From Savitreella phatthalungensis (taxonomy: Eukaryota), in assembly GCA_051599415.1 (NCBI GenBank), contig AP039689.1:248001-312000 (forward strand): 64,000 bases of DNA. Direction: 5' to 3'. The position numbers were made by a program, and so were the translations under genes. Under the pieces are notes generated by a model that had not been told where the DNA came from, did not search any database, and was given only the letters and a program-made list of their open reading frames with translations. Shown here in pieces: positions 1-10,138 of this stretch; the first letter of the stretch is position 1, and every line of letters begins with the position of its first letter.

Positions 1-66
1 TAAAGTTCCTCAGCTCCAGGCGCGCCACTTGGAAAGAGACATCAACCGAGCATCAACCGAGTGAGC

Positions 67-3000
67 ATGCGCTGCGCCTATGCAGCAAGCGCCGTCCTTC
101 TGTCTCTCCTCACATCCCCGTCATCGGTATCTGCATATGTGCCTTCTTCCTCATTGGCGTCTGTAATAGCGCCGAATGCAGATGCGCTCCGATCCACCAC
201 CAGTGGCACACTTTACTCCTCAGATGCAGCCGCAAGGCAGCGCGAGTTAGGACTCCTACAGAACAGGCCAGACCAGTGTCCACCATGCTTCAACTGCATG
301 CTGCCCGCTTTCTCCTGCAAGCAATTCGGCAGCTGTAACCAGTATACCGGACTATGTGACTGTCCCGCAGGCTTCGGTGGCGACGACTGTCTGGTCCCAC
401 TCTGTGGGTCCCTCGCACAAGGCCGCGACCGTCACAAACGCAAGGATGACGAGCCCTGTATTTGCGAAGACGGCTGGGACGGTATCAACTGTAACCTCTG
501 CACCGCCAACAACGCTTGTAATCCACTCATGCCTGAAGGTGTCAACGGCACGTGCTACAAGGGTGGACTCGTCGTACACGAGAACTTCCAGATGTGCAAC
601 GTCACAAATCGAAAGATTCTAGATCAGCTCAAGACGCAGATCCCGCAAGTCACCTTCTCCTGCGAGACCACTAACAACACCTGCAACTTTCAGTTCTGGA
701 TCGACCAGCGTGAATCCTTCTATTGCGGCCTGCAGGATTGCTCCTTCGAACTCGACAGTCGTTATGATGCCAATATCACCAACTACAAGTGCAACAAGAT
801 CCAGTGCTCCTGCATCCCAGATCGAATGCTATGTGGCGAAGAAGGCTCTATCGATATAACAGATTTCCTCGCAGAGGAAATCAAGGGCCCAGGCTCCTTC
901 TCATGCTCGACAAAGGAGAAGTCCTGCCGTTTCGAGGAACCAGCGATGAACGAACTCATTAGTGATGTCTTCGGCGACCGATCCATCACTCTCGACTGTC
1001 ACTCAAGCGAGTGTCTGCACTACACCGAGGTGCCTGGCTACATTCGACCAGAGAAGCCCTCAAACACGAAGCTCGTCATCGGTAGCCTGGTCGGAGCATC
1101 AGTTCTTCTTGCAGGTCTCGGTACGGCACTATTCATTCTTGTGCGTCGTTCTCAGCGAAAGTCTGGCGTCGGAGCCATCAGCCTTCCGGAAGATCAGGAG
1201 GTTGCAGACATGCTTGGCAACCACACTCCGGCCACCTTGCAATTCCGCAGTCTCGGTTACTCTGTCGCCGACAAGGTCATTCTCGATGGCGTCCAAGGCA
1301 GTGTCGCACCTGGCGAGACGCTCGCCATCATGGGTGCCTCCGGTGCAGGCAAGACGTCCCTTCTAGATATTCTTGCTCGCAAGCACAAGAGCGGGCGCAA
1401 GTCCGGCGACGTTCTCGTCAATGGTCGAACCGTGCGCGACTCGGAATACCGTCATGTCATCGGTTTCGTCGACCAGGAAGATGCCCTCTTCTCCACCATG
1501 ACAGTCTACGAGACAGTCCTGAACTCTGCACTGCTTCGTCTGCCGCGTGACATGTCAGTACAGGCCAAGCAGGTCCGTGTCTACGAGACCCTTGCTGAGC
1601 TCGGCTTGCTCCATATCCAGGACTCTCTGATTGGCGAAGAGGGCAATCGCGGTATCTCCGGCGGAGAAAAGCGGCGTGTCAGCATCGCCTGTGAGCTCGT
1701 AACAAGCCCGTCCATCATCTTCCTCGACGAACCGACAAGTGGACTAGACTCCTACAATGCCTTCAACGTAATTGAATGTCTAGCCGGTCTGGCACGAACT
1801 TCGCGGAGAACAATCGTGATGACAATCCACCAGCCGCGTTCCGACATTGTCGCATGCTTCGACCAGCTGCTCCTCCTCGCTCAGGGACGCACAGTCTACT
1901 CTGGCCCGGCTCGAAGCTGTAACGACTACCTTCGGCTGATCGGTCTCGGCTGTCCAGAGGGCTACAATCTCGCAGACTATCTCATCGATCTGACCATGGC
2001 TACCTCTGCCTCGAGCATCAGCACGAGTCCGCGTCAGAAGTCCCCGGCTGTCGTTCCAGCCACCGTCAGCGAGGACAGCAACGACGATGAAGTACAACCA
2101 CACGATCTGCGTCGTTGTAACTCGATCGGCAACGAAGCAGGAGCCTGGGGTGGTCAAGAGCATGGCAGCTCGTCGAGCGGCAGTGATCATGCACGCGCGC
2201 CTCAGAGAGCTGCGCCAAAGGCACGCATGCAGGCTCACCTGCGCGAAGCTGGCGACGTCGACCTCCGTCAGCTCTTCACCTCTTACGAGGAAAGCGATGT
2301 GTCACGCCGTCTACTCGAGTCTATCGATCAAGCCACCAAGGACGTCGGTCGCGGCGATGGCGGTCTCCGACAACCACTCGGCCTCGGCTACCAGCGCATC
2401 AGCTGGGTCGCCCAATTTGTCCTTCTTTCAAAGCGAACATTCAAGAACCTGTATCGCAACCCACAATTGCTCCTGACACACTACGCCGTCGCTCTCGTCC
2501 TCGCCCTGATGTGCGGCTACCTGTTCTTCAATATCTCCAATGATCTCCCGGGCTTCCAGGGCAGACTAGGCCTTTTCTTCTTCATTCTCGCCGTCTTTGG
2601 CTTCAGCACACTCACTTCGCTCTCACTCTTTGCAGCCGAGCGAACGATCTTCATGCGTGAGCGCGCAAACGGGTACTACGCCACACCTACATACTTCCTC
2701 GCAAAGACGCTTTTCGACATCGTGCCACTGCGCGTCCTGCCGCCGATCCTGATGGGCATCATTATCTATCCGATGGTCGGGCTTGTGGCGGAATGGCGGT
2801 CATTCTTAATCTTCCTTGTTACTCTAGTTCTTTTCAACTTGTCCGCGGCGTCTGTATGTCTATTCATCGGCACAGTCGTTCGCGATCCGGCAGTTGCTAA
2901 TCTTGGAGGCTCTCTCTTCATGCTCTTCTCACTCCTCTTCGCGGGCCTTCTTCTCAACCACGATAGTATCCCGGCTCCAGTCCAGTGGCTTCAGAAACTC

Positions 3001-3234
3001 TCCATCTTCCACTACGCCTACGAAGCACTCCTCGTCAATGAGGTCACCTACCTCACCTTGACGGAACGCAAGTTTGGTCTGTCTATCGAGGTTCCAGGAG
3101 CTACCATCCTATCAACTTTCGGCTTTAATGCGCAAGCCCTCGGGCAGGACCTCATCGGTCTCGCAGCCTACTTTGGCGTGTTCATGGCAGTCTCACTCGT
3201 TAGTATGCACTTATTCCTCAAAGAGCGTCGATAA
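67..3234 (+). CDS. ADP1: ABCG half-transporter with N-terminal EGF-like Cys-rich lumenal domain (ADP1-like)
   Basis: Signal peptide, Cys-rich EGF-like repeats, TM helix, Walker A GASGAGKT, signature ISGGEKRR, Walker B IFLDEPTSGLD, C-terminal ABC2 membrane domain. First ATG at 67. Confidence 0.93.
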   Translation: MRCAYAASAVLLSLLTSPSSVSAYVPSSSLASVIAPNADALRSTTSGTLYSSDAAARQRELGLLQNRPDQCPPCFNCMLPAFSCKQFGSCNQYTGLCDCPAGFGGDDCLVPLCGSLAQGRDRHKRKDDEPCICEDGWDGINCNLCTANNACNPLMPEGVNGTCYKGGLVVHENFQMCNVTNRKILDQLKTQIPQVTFSCETTNNTCNFQFWIDQRESFYCGLQDCSFELDSRYDANITNYKCNKIQCSCIPDRMLCGEEGSIDITDFLAEEIKGPGSFSCSTKEKSCRFEEPAMNELISDVFGDRSITLDCHSSECLHYTEVPGYIRPEKPSNTKLVIGSLVGASVLLAGLGTALFILVRRSQRKSGVGAISLPEDQEVADMLGNHTPATLQFRSLGYSVADKVILDGVQGSVAPGETLAIMGASGAGKTSLLDILARKHKSGRKSGDVLVNGRTVRDSEYRHVIGFVDQEDALFSTMTVYETVLNSALLRLPRDMSVQAKQVRVYETLAELGLLHIQDSLIGEEGNRGISGGEKRRVSIACELVTSPSIIFLDEPTSGLDSYNAFNVIECLAGLARTSRRTIVMTIHQPRSDIVACFDQLLLLAQGRTVYSGPARSCNDYLRLIGLGCPEGYNLADYLIDLTMATSASSISTSPRQKSPAVVPATVSEDSNDDEVQPHDLRRCNSIGNEAGAWGGQEHGSSSSGSDHARAPQRAAPKARMQAHLREAGDVDLRQLFTSYEESDVSRRLLESIDQATKDVGRGDGGLRQPLGLGYQRISWVAQFVLLSKRTFKNLYRNPQLLLTHYAVALVLALMCGYLFFNISNDLPGFQGRLGLFFFILAVFGFSTLTSLSLFAAERTIFMRERANGYYATPTYFLAKTLFDIVPLRVLPPILMGIIIYPMVGLVAEWRSFLIFLVTLVLFNLSAASVCLFIGTVVRDPAVANLGGSLFMLFSLLFAGLLLNHDSIPAPVQWLQKLSIFHYAYEALLVNEVTYLTLTERKFGLSIEVPGATILSTFGFNAQALGQDLIGLAAYFGVFMAVSLVSMHLFLKERR

Positions 3235-3279
3235 GCAGACCGACCGCCCCTTGGAAAGAGTCATTATAAGATCGCTTAA

Positions 3280-4398
3280 TCATAGGTACAATAGCACATC
3301 GTCTACCCAATTCACAAGATCATGACCTCCCCAGACAGCCTCCAAGTGAACGAGCGCGTCATTACGCGTCCGTGTCTCTACACCACCACCAGCAAGCTTC
3401 CGCTCCACGGTATGTTTCTGCTTCAGCGCAACAAGTTCCTCCCCGTCCTTCGCAGACGCCGGATCCGCATGTGTTGCCGTCGTGGCATTTCCATATACGG
3501 CTTGTAGGGCGGTAGCGAAGAGGGCTTCGCTGTTGGCGGCAGGAATATCGGTGTCGTGAGTTGCATGAACGAAAGCCATGGGCACACCGCTCTTAGCTAG
3601 CTTCCTTACCCTTTCAGCACTGTCCCAACGGTCAACGAGCTGACCTGCGACGAAATCCTGCAGCTTCGGAATCGTTCCCAGCGGCCCCAAGATCGGCAGC
3701 ACTCCACCAAGCCTGTACCCTCGCACCACACTATCGCCAGAGAAAAATCCAGCGCTCGCAACAACGCGCGACAGCACCGCCATATCACTAGTACCCACTA
3801 ACGCCTCAGCCGCGCCGAGCGCGACAGCAGCACCAAGCGACTGCCCTAGTACAGTCACGCTCCGCTTACCAAACCCGTTCGCCTTGGCCCATCTGATACT
3901 GGCAACGGCGTCTGCAATCAGAGTCTCCTCTGTCGGAGTGCCTTGGAAACCGGCTGTTGCGGCACCGAAGCCGCGGTAGTCGAGTGCAAGGACGTGTACG
4001 CCATCGAGCATTGTGAGCAGCCGGTAGGTCGTGAGCCTGTGTGGTACGGCGAGCGTGCCAGCGGTCCCGTGCAGGAAGATGACGAGCTTATCAGCCTTTC
4101 GCACGCGGAGACCATCCTCCGACCCTCCTCGAGCCCGGACCAGCGGACCGATGTGCCAAGCGTGTGCGCCCTCCACAGCATTCTCAGATCCATCGCCGTT
4201 CAAGAAGAACGACCGCGACCGTGAAGGCAGGAACCCGTGTACAGAGGGATCATTAGTAGGGGTGAAGAACGGGTACCGGATACCATGCAAGTACAACACA
4301 TGCCGTTGAGCAACAGGATGCAGCAGCACACCCACAAAGCACACGTACACGGCGCCGAAGATCGTCAGCCACCGCTGAGCTCGCGATAAGAGCGTCAT
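3280..4398 (-). CDS. ABHD12/Bem46-like membrane-anchored alpha/beta hydrolase
   Basis: N-terminal TM helix, FLHGTAG, DYRGFG, nucleophile elbow GQSLG, HATHDTDIP, GGHD. First ATG at 4398. Confidence 0.85.
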   Translation of the reverse strand: MTLLSRAQRWLTIFGAVYVCFVGVLLHPVAQRHVLYLHGIRYPFFTPTNDPSVHGFLPSRSRSFFLNGDGSENAVEGAHAWHIGPLVRARGGSEDGLRVRKADKLVIFLHGTAGTLAVPHRLTTYRLLTMLDGVHVLALDYRGFGAATAGFQGTPTEETLIADAVASIRWAKANGFGKRSVTVLGQSLGAAVALGAAEALVGTSDMAVLSRVVASAGFFSGDSVVRGYRLGGVLPILGPLGTIPKLQDFVAGQLVDRWDSAERVRKLAKSGVPMAFVHATHDTDIPAANSEALFATALQAVYGNATTATHADPASAKDGEELVALKQKHTVERKLAGGGVETRTRNDALVHLEAVWGGHDLVNWVDDVLLYL

Positions 4399-4625
4399 TG
4401 GCTCTATCGTCCTTCTCCTCCTCGGGCGTATCCCACCTGTTGTCAACGTGTGTTTGAAGTAACGCGATCAACCATTGATTTTCACGTGATCAAACTAGGA
4501 TCAATGATATCCACTTCAGGCACACTCACAGCAGCACATATACACTCAGCCCTTCACAGACACACACAAGACAAGTGGCTAGAAGATCTATAGCTTAGTC
4601 AGTCAGTGGATTTTGTCAAGCGGAA

Positions 4626-6560
4626 ATGCCTTCTGACAAGAGACCGCGCTCAGGCGCTGCAGGAGAGAGAGATCGAGCAGGAATCAAGCGCGTCAAAGGA
4701 GAGAACTTCTACAGAGATGCAAAGAAAGTCAGGCAAGTCAATCTCTTACGAGGTGGTCATGCTACGAGAGACGCTCAGGGTAACATCACTCAGGCAGCAG
4801 CATTTCAGTCGCGCGAGGCACCAAAAGCACGCATCCAGCCTGACAGGCAATGGTTTGGAAATACCCGCGTCATCGCTCAGAATGCACTCTCCCAGTTCAG
4901 AGACAACATGGCACAGCAATCGAACGACCCCTACAGCGTCCTTCTCAAGCGGAACAAGCTACCCATGTCGCTTCTCAAGCCCTCGGAGAAGATTCCGAAG
5001 CTGAAGGTCGTTGAGTCAGAGCCGTACAAGCAGACATTCGGTCCAAGTGCCCAGCGAAAGCGGCCAAAGCTCAAGGTTGGCTCGATGGAAGAGCTTGCAA
5101 CGGCAACGCACGAGGATGGTCAGGCCTTTGCGGAAAAGGCCGATGCGGCGACTGGTGAGATTGACGACTTCTCGCAGGAAGCTAGGGAGGCTGTCTTCTA
5201 CAAGGGTCAGTCTCGACGTATCTGGAACGAGCTCTACAAGGTGATCGACTCCTCAGACGTCATCATTCACGTTCTGGACGCCCGCGACCCACTCGGCACA
5301 CGCTGCAAATCAGTCGAGCAGTATCTCAAGAACGACGCACCACACAAGCACCTCATCTTCGTCCTCAACAAGTGCGACCTCGTTCCTACTTGGGCAGCTG
5401 TAAGTCATCCCATCTCACTCCTTATCGTGTCGTGTCATCTCTCAAATTTCAACCTCCAGAGTTATGTCAAGACTGCCTCGTTGAGCAGCACTAGCGATCC
5501 CATTCTTCGGAAAGGGTGTAGCCGTTGCTCTACTTCTTTGTCCCTCGAGGACAGCCTGTTACAACTCTGGGAAATTAAGCCCCTCGCCAGAGTCCTGCTC
5601 GTCTTGAGCAAGCTCGCCAGAGGAATGCTCCGACCTGCTATTGAGTTGAGGTTGCGCCCTTCCATTCTGAGAAGGTACTCCACCGTGGTCAATCTCTTAG
5701 TGCTAGGTCGGACAGCCGCACCCTCGATTCAAACCCCTGCGTGACCATCGCTCGTGACTTCGTTCCTCAAGTTTTGGGTTCACGTACTGACATCATCCCT
5801 CTAGGCACAATGGGTCCGACATCTGTCCAAGGACTACCCGACACTCGCATTCCACGCAAATGTAAAGAACTCCTTCGGTAAAGGCTCGCTCATCCAGCTT
5901 CTCCGTCAATTCCAGATCCTCCACAAGGACAAGAAGCAGGTCTCGATCGGTCTCATCGGATACCCAAACACAGGCAAATCATCCATCATCAACACCCTCG
6001 TCTCTCGCAACGACGCCGTCAAGGTCGCACCCATACCAGGAGAGACTAAAGTGTGGCAATACGTACGATTGACGCGAAAGATTTACCTGATCGACTGTCC
6101 CGGTGTCTGCCCACCGAACAAGGAGGATACAGAGACAGATATTTTGCTGCGGGGCGTGGTGCGCGTCGAGCGCGTAACCAATCCAGAGCAGCACATCCAC
6201 GCAGTCCTCGCTCGCTGCAAGCCGCACCATCTCGAGCGCACGTACGACATCTCCAACTGGAACAACGACCCACAGCGCTTCCTCGAGCTTCTCGCCCGCA
6301 AGGGCGGAAAGCTGCTCAAGGGTGGCGAGACGGACGAATCCGCCGTCGCCAAAATGGTCCTGAACGACTTCACCCGCGGCAAGATCCCCTGGTTCGTTCC
6401 ACTTGAGGAGCGTGTCGCGAAGGAGGAAGCCGATCAGGAAGAAGCTGCCAAAGCCCAAGGCGACACATTCACGCAATTCCCTGATGAGCATGATGCGGAA
6501 GCGGAAGACGACGAAGACGACGACGAAGATGAGAACAATGATGCTCCGGCAGAAAACTGA
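4626..6560 (+). CDS. NOG2: Nucleolar GTPase Nog2; exons 4626-5399 and 5805-6560
   Basis: NGP1NT domain ([25 protein letters not shown]), [23 protein letters not shown]. Intron 5400-5804 (GTAAGT...TACTGAC...CTAG) joins PTWAA to [18 protein letters not shown] in frame. Confidence 0.96.
5452..5717 (+). ncRNA. snR191: Intronic box H/ACA snoRNA, snR191/U19 orthologue
   Basis: Hairpin 1 (CCAGAGTT 5456-5463 / AACTCTGG 5563-5570) with pocket GTCA/GTTAC and H box AAATTA at 5572. Hairpin 2 with pocket GAGT/TAGT and ACA at 5712-5714. Pockets are complementary to LSU helix 69 GUAACUAUGACUC. snR191 lies in the NOG2 intron in S. cerevisiae. 5' end approximate. Confidence 0.88.
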
Positions 6561-6819
6561 GACATCACGTCAAGCGTAACATCATCTGACCAACTCAATC
6601 GCATGCATCGACCATTAAGCCTTCCAATTGGCGAATGTCGATCCACACGAGCGTCATACCACGTCCAATCCGAGAAGCGTCCTTCAGCACGACTCATGAC
6701 ATGACGCACTCCCTCCGCATCTGCCATCGGGCAATCTTTCCCGTCGATGTCCATCATAAGAGGACCTCAATCCCGCGCCTACCAGTGTATCTCACTATCC
6801 ATGCTGTATAATCAACCGA

Positions 6820-7767
6820 ATGCTCCCATGGCCTGCCCTTGCCGTCTCATCATTGATTCTCATCACCACTATCCTACGAAGTAGCGTGTCTCTCCCGATC
6901 TCACCAACCACGCGTCCCCCGGAAACACCCTTGCAAAGTGTCCTTCCCAGCCCTCTCGCTTCCTCTCCCGAGACCAGGACCAAGAACGACATAGCAGCCT
7001 TCAACGATTACTTCTTCCAGGTGAGATACTCTGACAACCTGGTCTCCGTCGGTACGCTCGACCTGCAGACGGCTGTATGGGAGCCGTACTGGGCACACTC
7101 GGACTCCCACGGTATCCTCCTCCGCCACAACCAATCGACCTTCTCGGGCACTTGCAACTCGCGCTATGCGAAGCCGGACTACCAAGTCAGCGTCGCCCTC
7201 TCTGGCCAATGGGGAGCTCTAGCCAATCTGCCTTCCAAAACAGCCATCACCGGCTGGACCATCAGGGCGGCCATGTTTGCTACACTCTGGGCAGCACTCC
7301 AGGCAATCGTCTCGCTCGATGGCCACTCTCGGGGTGTGGGTCAGGCGTTCTGGGAGTGTGAAGGGCTTGAGTGGCAGGACGCCTACTACAAGCGGGAGGA
7401 CGCTGCGTGTGGGCCTGTGTGTGCGGGAGGGGTGACATGCCCAGCGGATCTGTGCGAGGGCAGTGAGACGGCCCAGTGCAGGCGTACCGGCAGAGCGATC
7501 GATCGTATACCTACACACATCGCAGTGCACCTCTACCGCCGAGACACAAAGGAAGGAGACGCAGGAGCACTCCTCACAGACTACCTCCGGCTAGACATCC
7601 TCACCACACAGAGGCAGCACCAAGGATTCTGCGGACCGTCCACTGCAGAGGCAGTCGGCGAGCAGATCGCAAGATACTTCCCAATCGACTGGATAGGCAT
7701 CGTCCTCGCAAACGCCATCAAGCTAGGCTGCTTCGTCGGCAACTCAAGCAGAGCAGAGTACGGTTGA
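6820..7767 (+). CDS. Secreted Cys-rich hypothetical protein
   Basis: 315-aa intronless ORF with a hydrophobic signal peptide, Pro/Ser/Thr linker, several Cys and an amphipathic C-terminus. No family recognised. Confidence 0.7.
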   Translation: MLPWPALAVSSLILITTILRSSVSLPISPTTRPPETPLQSVLPSPLASSPETRTKNDIAAFNDYFFQVRYSDNLVSVGTLDLQTAVWEPYWAHSDSHGILLRHNQSTFSGTCNSRYAKPDYQVSVALSGQWGALANLPSKTAITGWTIRAAMFATLWAALQAIVSLDGHSRGVGQAFWECEGLEWQDAYYKREDAACGPVCAGGVTCPADLCEGSETAQCRRTGRAIDRIPTHIAVHLYRRDTKEGDAGALLTDYLRLDILTTQRQHQGFCGPSTAEAVGEQIARYFPIDWIGIVLANAIKLGCFVGNSSRAEYG

Positions 7768-7826
7768 GTATTGATTGATATGTATGTGTTCGACTTAGAG
7801 AGGGTGGTGTACGTCCTCCAGAACTT

Positions 7827-8936
7827 CTAGAGGAATCGAGTGATGAACTTCCATGCAAGGTCGACATGCATCGGTACACGAGCACCGGCCTTTTCTCCGA
7901 AGTAGCGGCCGTGGTCGCCATCGTACGAGACCCATTCAACGGGTTTTGAGCAGCCGTCGAGGTCAGTGACGATGTAGGTCTTAGAACCATTGGCTGGTGC
8001 TTTGGGTGTGTCGACCTTGCAGGCGTCAGCCTTCGCGACGTGGAGGAGGGCGGTGAGACCTTCGTCGTAGGGAATGGTGGTGTCGGAGGTGCCGTGGGTG
8101 GCGAAGTAGGCGACCTGCTTATTGCACGTGCCAGTGTAGTTGGCTGCACTGAGGACCCGCTCAGCACCACTCCACACAACCACACCTTCCACCCCGCCGA
8201 CCTCCCCACCGCGCTCACACGCAAGCACATGAGACATGAACGCACCGAACGACAACCCAGTCGACCAGATCCCACTCAGGTCAATACAGTACTCCTCGCC
8301 GATCTGAGACACCATCGCGTCGAAGAACTTGACGTCACTCCCATGATCGTTCCGCCACTGCTTGTCGATGCCCTGCGGAGCGACGTAAATGAATCTGTTC
8401 GTCGTGTCCAGCGCTTTCATACCTATCCAGTCCTTGGCCATGCCCTCAGCGCTGCCGCTCCAGTAGTGGTACAGGAATAGCAGCTTCGATGGCTTCGAGC
8501 TGTCATAAGTCGTCGGCGGTTCCACAATGAACATCCTATCTACAGAATCCACCGTCACATGCGCAGTTGTCTTGCCCTTCGCAGGACCGCTGCCGATCCC
8601 CTTTCCACATCCGGCAGACAGCTTCTGATCGCCAGAGTTCGTCCCCGTTGTGGTGCTGGCAGGTGTCACAGCAGTAGAGCTGTTAGCGACAAGAGGGAGG
8701 CTGATCGCGCTAGGGCTAGGCGTTGAGATGCTCGGGCTGACACCAGGGTTACTGGAGGGCTTAAGTGCAAGAATCGACGGGGAGATCGTCAGTGAGGGTG
8801 AAGATGAAGGCAGAGGCGAGCTCTCAGATGTGCTCATCGCAGAGAGATCTCGGAGTCCAGATGACGCCGCCTTCGGCCGGCATTCTGCCACACCAGTCGT
8901 CACAAGCGCCAGGAGGAGCAATGATAGCTGCATCAT
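7827..8936 (-). CDS. Secreted CE1-type feruloyl/acetylxylan esterase-like alpha/beta hydrolase
   Basis: Signal peptide, Ser/Pro/Thr-rich linker, SAGCGK, YVAPQG, YCID..IWSTGLSFGA (GxSxG), HGTSDTTIPY, YDGDH. Confidence 0.8.
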   Translation of the reverse strand: MMQLSLLLLALVTTGVAECRPKAASSGLRDLSAMSTSESSPLPSSSPSLTISPSILALKPSSNPGVSPSISTPSPSAISLPLVANSSTAVTPASTTTGTNSGDQKLSAGCGKGIGSGPAKGKTTAHVTVDSVDRMFIVEPPTTYDSSKPSKLLFLYHYWSGSAEGMAKDWIGMKALDTTNRFIYVAPQGIDKQWRNDHGSDVKFFDAMVSQIGEEYCIDLSGIWSTGLSFGAFMSHVLACERGGEVGGVEGVVVWSGAERVLSAANYTGTCNKQVAYFATHGTSDTTIPYDEGLTALLHVAKADACKVDTPKAPANGSKTYIVTDLDGCSKPVEWVSYDGDHGRYFGEKAGARVPMHVDLAWKFITRFL

Positions 8937-9264
8937 TATTGTGGTGTGCTCCGTGCTGATAGAACTGTGCAGGGTGTACCAAGGTTGATATAGGCAGATC
9001 TGTGGATGCTGCGAGCACGTTGTATGTTCGGAGTCTGGCCAACGAATTAGAGTTTTCCTTTACACGTTGTCGTCGTGGTTCGCAGGCGCTAGTGACAATG
9101 AATGCCAATCACACCTCGAGCACGTCAGCAAATGGAATATAAGCATGCAGCATCAGCCCGTTTATGCGTGTGTCTCAAATCGCATGCGTGCCTTGTTTGC
9201 GGCTTTCTCGTTTCGCCTGAAGATTGGTTTGCGTGGTGTTGAGCTTCAGTTGATCGTGCCAACA

Positions 9265-9663
9265 TCATGGCTCTAGCAGGAATAGTTGGTTTCTGTCCAC
9301 CTTGACAAGTCTCTCTTGAGCCTTCCGCATCGTGCCACTGACGCCAAGCACGCGGAATGAGCCAGAGGACTTGGACATTCCCCTGCCAGAACTGGTCTGA
9401 TCAGGGGTATGTGGGATTCCAGGACACAGTGTCATGGCTGCCCAAGCAAGGCGGTAATGCGTACGGTCTGCTTGGAGGATGCCTCGCTGAGTGGCAGGCG
9501 AGTAATATTTGACGTACATGCTCGACATCAGCTTACCACTTGCATATGTGCCAAAGTTGAGCTGCAAGGAGCTTCTCACTTGATCTATTAGCAAACGAGC
9601 CTGTACATCGACTGGTGCTTGTCTGAGTTCAAACAGGATATAGCGATGCTTCAAGCGGACCAT
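9265..9663 (-). CDS. POP5: RNase P/MRP subunit Pop5
   Basis: MVRLKHRYILFEL, VKYYSPAT..GI, RVLGVSGTMRKA motifs of the Rpp14/Pop5 family. Confidence 0.9.
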   Translation of the reverse strand: MVRLKHRYILFELRQAPVDVQARLLIDQVRSSLQLNFGTYASGKLMSSMYVKYYSPATQRGILQADRTHYRLAWAAMTLCPGIPHTPDQTSSGRGMSKSSGSFRVLGVSGTMRKAQERLVKVDRNQLFLLEP

Positions 9664-10138
9664 TCTCAAAGCATATCAGTATAACTGCGACAGTAAGCTC
9701 TTGCAAATCGATCTATGAGCGAGTCAGGACCGGCGAGAGACGAGACAATGATTGAGTATGAGGAGTATCTTCTAATGTTGAGCTGCGGATGAGGATATGA
9801 GGACGTGCATTCACCGGTGTTCACAAGAGTTTTCACGTGTCTCTCAATGATCATCGAACATATTGCACGTGACTGCTATTCAAGTTGATCGGAACACGTG
9901 CCCGTCGAACAATTTTTGGTCACGTGTTTATGTGCGGTGTGATTGACGTCGACGTAACTTCGATATCCGATATCCTCTACTGTACTGACCTCGACCATCC
10001 TCCACTACCCTGCTCTACACCTTGCTCGACAGTGTTCCGCTGTCGTATCACGAATCCATTCCTTTGACCTTATATCGCAGCCAAAGACTCTAGTAGTGAG
10101 TTCTTCAGGCTCTCAGCTCACCTCACAGTCACTCCATC

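Noticed and set aside
5400..5744. C-terminal extension of the 372-aa ORF as protein
   Set aside because: It is read-through into the NOG2 intron; Nog2 similarity resumes at 5805.
10096..10128. 33-nt 5' UTR intron in VMA1 (GTGAGT..CTCAC..CAG)
   Set aside because: Shorter than other introns here and the branch site is weak; unsupported without RNA data.
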